DNA of 64,000 nt from an uncultured Bacteroidales bacterium (GTDB lineage Bacteria; Bacteroidota; Bacteroidia; Bacteroidales; VadinHA17), in the NCBI GenBank assembly GCA_963733455.1, contig CAVTDE010000006.1, positions 218,373-282,372 on the forward strand, given 5' to 3'. The translations under genes and the position numbers were made by a program. The notes under the pieces were generated by a model that saw only the letters and a list, made by a program, of their open reading frames with translations, had not been told where the DNA came from and made no database searches. Positions 58,308 through 64,000 of this stretch are shown piece after piece. The stretch's first letter is position 1; every line of letters begins with the position of its first letter.

Positions 58308-61300
58308 GTGAAGTATTTTTTGAAAACCAAACCTAAATTTATTAAAAGTATGACTAAAAATTTCGCGCTGGTTGTTTCTTTGTTACCTCAGTTTAAAAAA
58401 CTGACCTTAACATTGAAAGTTATAACTATGCTTTTAGCGTTTTGTACAATCCAGATCAGTGCTTCAACAAACAGTGGCGGGATTGTATCTTCAGATGACC
58501 TACAGAAGAAGACTGTAAGCGGTCATGTGACCGATGCAGCCGGAACTGCTCTTGTTGGCGTCAATGTTATTGAAAAAGGTACTGTAAACGGAACAGTGAC
58601 GGATGTTAGTGGAAAGTATAGCCTTAATGTTACTTCTGAAAAATCTGTTCTGACTTTTTCTTTCATAGGTTACACCACGCAGGATGTAATTGCTGGTGCC
58701 GGAGCTACTCTTGATATTGTCCTTGCCGAGAGTCTTTCAGCACTGGAAGAAATTGTGGTTGTCGGGTATTCAACTCAGGTAAGGAAATCTCTTACAGGCG
58801 CTGTTACGACAATAAGTGCCGAAGCTATGGCAAAAGAGACGACAGCCAATGCCATTACCCGTTTGCAGGGTAAGGCATCAGGTGTAAACATCCTGAATGC
58901 AAAGGCACCCGGAGGCGGAGCTAACATCACTATCCGTGGTTTGGGAACAATTAACAACAATTCACCGTTGTTTGTTATCGACGGGGTACCCACCAAATCG
59001 TCGATGTCAGAGCTCAACCCCGATGAGATTGAATCACTTACTGTTCTTAAGGATGCATCCTCGGCAGCTATCTATGGAGCACGGGGTGCAAACGGGGTTA
59101 TACTTATTACAACCAAGCGTGGTGCAGCGGGTAAACCAAAAGTTTCATTCAGTGCACGTTATGGTTCCAGTAAGTTTTCAAAATATTACAACCTTTTAAA
59201 TACTCAGGAGTATGGTGAGTTATTGTGGCTTGAAGCTAAAAACCAGGGAATAGCTCCTTCAAATATTCTGTATGGTACAGGAAGTACTCCGGTAATTCCT
59301 GATTATATTGTTCCTGCAGGTAAGATGGAAGGAGATCCGCTGGTTAATGCTGCCTTATACAATCATACACCAGGTTCTGGTTTTTACAATATCACCAAAG
59401 CCAATAAACAGGGAACAGACTGGTATGCCACAATCCTTCAGCCAGGAATCATGAATGAATATAATCTATCCCTCAGCGGCGGTTCTGAAAAAGGGACCTA
59501 TGCTTTTACAGCCGGTTACTACACTGAAAAAGGAATTGTAAAATACACAGGATTTGACCGTTATTCACTACGCGCAAACTCTGATACCAGATTAACCGAT
59601 TGGCTTTCTATTGGACAATCTCTTGGTCTGACCTATTCTGTCGGCCATGGCAACCGCGATGAAAATGGAGAAGGAATTCCCATCTCACAGGCATATCGTA
59701 TGCAACCTATTGTCCCGGTTTATGATATAGCTGGAAATTTTGCCGGTACAAAAGCTACCGGAACAGGAAACGGAGAAAACCCTTTGGCTATGCTCTTTCG
59801 TGACAGGGATGACATATCTCATAACCTGAGGGGCATTGGTAACGCCTTTGCTGAAATACAAATCCTTAAAGGCCTTCGTTTCAAGTCGCTTTTCGGATTT
59901 GACTACAGGCCGTATGACAGCAAGGATATTTTCCGTCAGAACCCCGAATTTCAGGAGTCGAAACCAACTGATATACTGAATATGTACAGTGGTTCCACAA
60001 CTCAGTGGAACTGGGCTAATACACTGAACTTTACAAGAGTGATTGGAGCCAATCATACAGTGAACCTTCTACTCGGTTCTGAAGCAGTATCAGTAAGAAG
60101 CTTCGATATGAGTGCCAGCCGTTCCACCTACTTTTCAGACGACGTTAACTATATGTATCTGAACTCCGGAGAGAAAGACCAGACAAACGGAGGAGGAGGA
60201 AGCGCAGTCAAATGGATGTCATATTTCGGGAGACTGAACTATAATTATAAGGACAAATATCTTGCCGAAGCTACTTTCCGTCGGGACGGTTCTTCGAGGT
60301 TTGGTGTAAACAATCGCTGGGGTAATTTCCCTGCAGTTTCAGCCGGATGGAGAATATCTGAAGAAAGCTTTATGGCAAATGCCAAGAATTTTATTAATAA
60401 CCTCAAAATACGTGCAGGCTGGGGAAAATCGGGTAATGATGAGATCGGAAATTACAATGGTTTCAGCACATACGGTTCAAATAGCGAATCCTCTTTTTAC
60501 AGTATTAATGGTAGTGTAAGTTCCGCCACAGCCGGGTTCTATGCCTCAGCACTTGGAAACCCCAATGCCAGATGGGAAACTACATCGACTACAAACGTTG
60601 GTCTCGATGTTGCTGTATTGAATAACAATCTTTCTGCAACAATAGATGTGTGGCAGAGGAAAACAATTGATATGCTTTTCCAGCTTGCCATTCCTAACGT
60701 TTCCGGTGCTGCTTCAGCGCCTTCAGTTAACATAGGTGATATGAATAATAAGGGATTTGACCTGAATATCACATACCAGAATAAATCTATGGGAGGTGAA
60801 CTGACTTACAGTGCCGGATTAACACTTTCGCATTATAAGAATAAAATAGTGAAGTTATCCAACAAGGAAACTGAGTTCATTAATGGAAGTGACTTCCGAC
60901 AGATGACTTATACACGTGCTACCAAAGGCACTTCATTCCCTGAATTCTATGGACTTATCGTTGACGGATATTTCGCCACACAGGAAGAAGCAGATGCTTA
61001 TGCACCGGAATATGGTGGTACATATAACCTGGCCGGTCATTTCAAATTCCGGGATGTTAATAATGATGGTGTAGTTAATAATGATGACCGTACCTATATC
61101 GGTAGCCCGCATCCAAAGTTTACTGCAGGTCTGAATGCCGATGTAGCATATAAGGGTTTTTCATTAAGCGCTTTTTTCTATACTGTCTATGGCAACAAAA
61201 TAGCCAACTATGTTAGCCGCTGGATTGATTACACACAGTTTACAGGTAACCGGACTAAGGATCGTCTCTACAATTCATGGGGCAGCCCTTACCTGACTAA

Positions 61301-61613
61301 TAATGCAAATGCTAAGCTCCCTTTGGCTGACGTTAATACTGTAAGTCAATATCCGTCCACAGCATTCCTGGAAAATGGTTCATTCCTTCGGTTAAAAACC
61401 CTGCAGTTAGGTTATAGTTTGCCGAAGAATATCAGCCAGCAACTGAACATAACAGGAGTTGAGATCTTTGTTGAGGGAACTAACCTGTTCACTATCACCA
61501 GGTATAAAGGACTCGATCCTGAACTTGCAATCGGAGGGGTTGACCTTGGGGTTGATGATGGTCAGTGGCCAACTGCACGGCAGTTTGTTGTCGGAATCAG
61601 GCTTGATATTTAG
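58308..61613 (+). CDS. susC: SusC/RagA-family TonB-dependent transporter
   Basis: PLFVIDG, IESLTVLKDASSAAIYGARGANGVILITTK, R.DGSSRFG..NRWG.FP, ENGSFLRLK. The start may be the ATG at 58350. Confidence 0.95.
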   Translation: MKYFLKTKPKFIKSMTKNFALVVSLLPQFKKLTLTLKVITMLLAFCTIQISASTNSGGIVSSDDLQKKTVSGHVTDAAGTALVGVNVIEKGTVNGTVTDVSGKYSLNVTSEKSVLTFSFIGYTTQDVIAGAGATLDIVLAESLSALEEIVVVGYSTQVRKSLTGAVTTISAEAMAKETTANAITRLQGKASGVNILNAKAPGGGANITIRGLGTINNNSPLFVIDGVPTKSSMSELNPDEIESLTVLKDASSAAIYGARGANGVILITTKRGAAGKPKVSFSARYGSSKFSKYYNLLNTQEYGELLWLEAKNQGIAPSNILYGTGSTPVIPDYIVPAGKMEGDPLVNAALYNHTPGSGFYNITKANKQGTDWYATILQPGIMNEYNLSLSGGSEKGTYAFTAGYYTEKGIVKYTGFDRYSLRANSDTRLTDWLSIGQSLGLTYSVGHGNRDENGEGIPISQAYRMQPIVPVYDIAGNFAGTKATGTGNGENPLAMLFRDRDDISHNLRGIGNAFAEIQILKGLRFKSLFGFDYRPYDSKDIFRQNPEFQESKPTDILNMYSGSTTQWNWANTLNFTRVIGANHTVNLLLGSEAVSVRSFDMSASRSTYFSDDVNYMYLNSGEKDQTNGGGGSAVKWMSYFGRLNYNYKDKYLAEATFRRDGSSRFGVNNRWGNFPAVSAGWRISEESFMANAKNFINNLKIRAGWGKSGNDEIGNYNGFSTYGSNSESSFYSINGSVSSATAGFYASALGNPNARWETTSTTNVGLDVAVLNNNLSATIDVWQRKTIDMLFQLAIPNVSGAASAPSVNIGDMNNKGFDLNITYQNKSMGGELTYSAGLTLSHYKNKIVKLSNKETEFINGSDFRQMTYTRATKGTSFPEFYGLIVDGYFATQEEADAYAPEYGGTYNLAGHFKFRDVNNDGVVNNDDRTYIGSPHPKFTAGLNADVAYKGFSLSAFFYTVYGNKIANYVSRWIDYTQFTGNRTKDRLYNSWGSPYLTNNANAKLPLADVNTVSQYPSTAFLENGSFLRLKTLQLGYSLPKNISQQLNITGVEIFVEGTNLFTITRYKGLDPELAIGGVDLGVDDGQWPTARQFVVGIRLDI

Positions 61614-61649
61614 GCAAATTGATGTGATGAAATGTTAAAAAATTAAAAT

Positions 61650-63407
61650 ATGAAAAAGAATATTATATTTTCAACACTCGGCGTGGGACTATTGTTATCT
61701 CTGTTGTTTGCCTGTTCTAAAGATTATCTTAGCACTGTACCTACAGCTTCGGCAAACAATGTTGTCCTTGCCAATGAAAAAGGAGTTAATGCACTTCTGG
61801 TTGGAGCTTATGCAGCAATTGACGGACAAATTAATGGCCAGGACGGTGCTTCGTGGGCCGGTTCTGTATCCAACTGGGTATGGGGTGGTGTCGCATCAGA
61901 TGATGCCACAAAAGGATCAGATATTGGTGACCAGTCAACTATTGTCCCGATTGAAAACTATTCTGTAGATGCTACTAACGGTTATGTAGCCGATAAGTGG
62001 CGTTTTAACTATGCAGGGATATCACGTGCCAACGATGTTCTTAAAATTATGGCACAGTGTGATCCTGCTCTTCCTGAAGCAACACAGACATCGATTAAAG
62101 CTCAGGTATTATTCATCAGAGGCTTTATCCACTTTGAACTGAAAAGAGTATTTAACAATATTCCATACATTACGGAAGAGGGTGATCCTTCAAAAGTCGT
62201 AAACACTGTCGATGCATGGCCTCTGATCGAAAACGATCTGAAATTTGCTGTTGACAATCTTCCAGTGTCTCAGACAGATGTAGGCCGCCCTACAAAATAT
62301 GCTGCTGAAGCTGTCCTCGCAAGAGTATATCTTTTCGAGAAAAAATGGGCTGAAGCCAAAACTCTCCTGGATGATATCATTGCAAGTGGGAAGTATAGCC
62401 TTATGCCTAATTTTAGTGACAACTTTGTTGCTGCGAAAAGAAATAATATGGAGTCTATCTTTGAGATTCAGTATAGTGTAAATGATGGTGCAAGTGGTTC
62501 ACCAAATGCAGGCTGGGGTGATGCTCTCAATTTCCCGGTAGATATCGATGGTACAGGTACCTGCTGCGGCTTCTACCAGCCGACACAAAATCTTGTCAAT
62601 GCTTTCAGAGTTGATCCCGTAACCGGCCTTCCTGTTGATCTGGCCACTAATTTTACCAATGACATGGGCAAAACCTCTAATGAGTTATTTGTCCAGGATA
62701 CAGTGACTCCTGTCGACCCAAGGTTAGATTTAACGGTTGGTCGCCGTGGAGTTCCTTATCTCGACTGGGGAATTATGCGTGGCTCAACATGGATTCGTGA
62801 CCAGGGTAATGCTGGTCCTTACCTGAACAAGAAAAATATGTTCCTGAAGAAAGATAAGGGTACACTTTCAACTACCACGGGTTGGGCAACCGGTGTTAAC
62901 TCCAACAGCTACAGGGCCATCAGGTACTCTCATGTACTTTTATGGAGGGCTGAGGTTGCAGCAGAATTGGGTGATCTGGCTTATGCCACAGAGCTGGTTA
63001 ATATGATCAGAACAAGAGCAAATGCAGAAAGGGTGATGGGAAGATGCCGTACGTTCATTCTTTCAAGTCAGACAGGTCTGAACATTGCCGCAAACGTTCC
63101 TGCAGCAACCTATCTTGTTAATCCTTACCCCGCTACCTTTGCCTCTGCCGATGCAGCACGAACCGCGATCAGAACAGAGATGAGACTTGAATTTGCGATG
63201 GAAGGTCTGCGTCACTTTGACCTGGTTCGCTGGGGTATTGCCGCTACAACAATCAATAACTATATTACCCAGGATAAAGCTTTCAGATCCTTATTGGGAG
63301 GGGCTAAACCTGCAGTCTTTACCTCCAATAAAAATGAATACTGGCCACTTCCGCAAACTCAGATTGAACTGGAACCAGGTATCCTTACTCAAAACCCGGG
63401 CTATTAG
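61650..63407 (+). CDS. susD: SusD/RagB-family lipoprotein
   Basis: LFAC lipobox, ESIFEIQY, IRYSHVLLWRAE, E.RLEFAMEG.R.FDLVRWG, QNPGY end. Confidence 0.95.
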   Translation: MKKNIIFSTLGVGLLLSLLFACSKDYLSTVPTASANNVVLANEKGVNALLVGAYAAIDGQINGQDGASWAGSVSNWVWGGVASDDATKGSDIGDQSTIVPIENYSVDATNGYVADKWRFNYAGISRANDVLKIMAQCDPALPEATQTSIKAQVLFIRGFIHFELKRVFNNIPYITEEGDPSKVVNTVDAWPLIENDLKFAVDNLPVSQTDVGRPTKYAAEAVLARVYLFEKKWAEAKTLLDDIIASGKYSLMPNFSDNFVAAKRNNMESIFEIQYSVNDGASGSPNAGWGDALNFPVDIDGTGTCCGFYQPTQNLVNAFRVDPVTGLPVDLATNFTNDMGKTSNELFVQDTVTPVDPRLDLTVGRRGVPYLDWGIMRGSTWIRDQGNAGPYLNKKNMFLKKDKGTLSTTTGWATGVNSNSYRAIRYSHVLLWRAEVAAELGDLAYATELVNMIRTRANAERVMGRCRTFILSSQTGLNIAANVPAATYLVNPYPATFASADAARTAIRTEMRLEFAMEGLRHFDLVRWGIAATTINNYITQDKAFRSLLGGAKPAVFTSNKNEYWPLPQTQIELEPGILTQNPGY

Positions 63408-63450
63408 CTTCATGGACAATACGGCTACTTTTCAAACTATATAGAATTGT

Positions 63451-64000
63451 TCAGTTTGTAAAGAAAACTACCATCAATGCTGCAGCTGCTGAAATAAAGA
63501 CGCTGCCTGGTACACAGATCTGCAGAATCTGACCGGAAGAGAATTTGGATTCACTCCAGCTGGATTTCAAATTTTGTAAACTTAAATACAATCCTGTCAG
63601 AACAAGCAGAGCCTGTAACCAGGGGATATATTGCGGCAGAAACTGATGCCATGGAATATTTGCAGTACCAAAAAAATCCCAACCCCAGCCGAAAGGATCC
63701 GAAGCTGATTGTATAATAAAAGTAATATTGACAAAAAGCATGGGTACTACAAATGCAATCCATAGCATCAGACCAAGAGGCAATAAAGCACCGGAATAGA
63801 CGAGAAAGATCTCCCTTGTGCTTATGTCTGTTTTTGAAATTCTTTTTCCGGAAAATGAGAGTAACCACAGGATCCCGGGAATGATAATAAGTACGGATAA
63901 CCATAAAACAATGGAATAAACGCCAAATAACCCCCAGTTATGCTTATCAATTATATTTACATAATCACGGACTGCAGGCCATGGTCCGAGGTACACAATA
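63451..64000 (-). CDS. C-terminal part of a polytopic membrane protein, probably of the 4Fe-4S-binding (NapH/MauN-like) class; 5'-truncated by the window edge
   Basis: Several TM helices with LLPLGL..WIAF and SDPFGWGWDFFGTA, a tail I associate with membrane polyferredoxins. The Cys motifs would lie outside the window. Confidence 0.5.
   Translation of the reverse strand, partial: IVYLGPWPAVRDYVNIIDKHNWGLFGVYSIVLWLSVLIIIPGILWLLSFSGKRISKTDISTREIFLVYSGALLPLGLMLWIAFVVPMLFVNITFIIQSASDPFGWGWDFFGTANIPWHQFLPQYIPWLQALLVLTGLYLSLQNLKSSWSESKFSSGQILQICVPGSVFISAAAALMVVFFTN

Overview
A 64-kb chromosomal window from an anaerobic Bacteroidota (Bacteroidales-like) genome, judged from TAnnTTTG promoter boxes, a susC/susD pair, a TPP-riboswitch TonB/pnuC locus, parA-parB-DUF5683-mltD synteny and hydF. 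The first 40 kb is mostly housekeeping and transport genes, with intergenic spaces densely colonised by REP-like palindromes and MITE-like elements. Between aspA and hydF lies a nested mobile island. It contains an IS110 element with exactly resolvable ends (duplicated CT core inside a REP) and an upstream non-coding end that reads as a bridge RNA whose guides match its own target and donor. A 163-bp CT-flanked mini-element and a MITE with a swappable central cargo are also present. The most unusual region is an 11-gene, ~17.5-kb minus-strand cluster (40688-58183). It encodes a hydrazine-synthase-alpha-like haem lipoprotein next to a beta-propeller/cytochrome-c-peroxidase-like (HzsBC-like) protein, three FG-GAP/ASPIC-UnbV proteins, two orphan LivK-type binding proteins, an ACT-less DAHP synthase, a glutaminase-less asparagine-synthetase-like ligase and a RaSEA-like radical SAM enzyme. 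All family calls come from reading motifs by eye; no database search was run.
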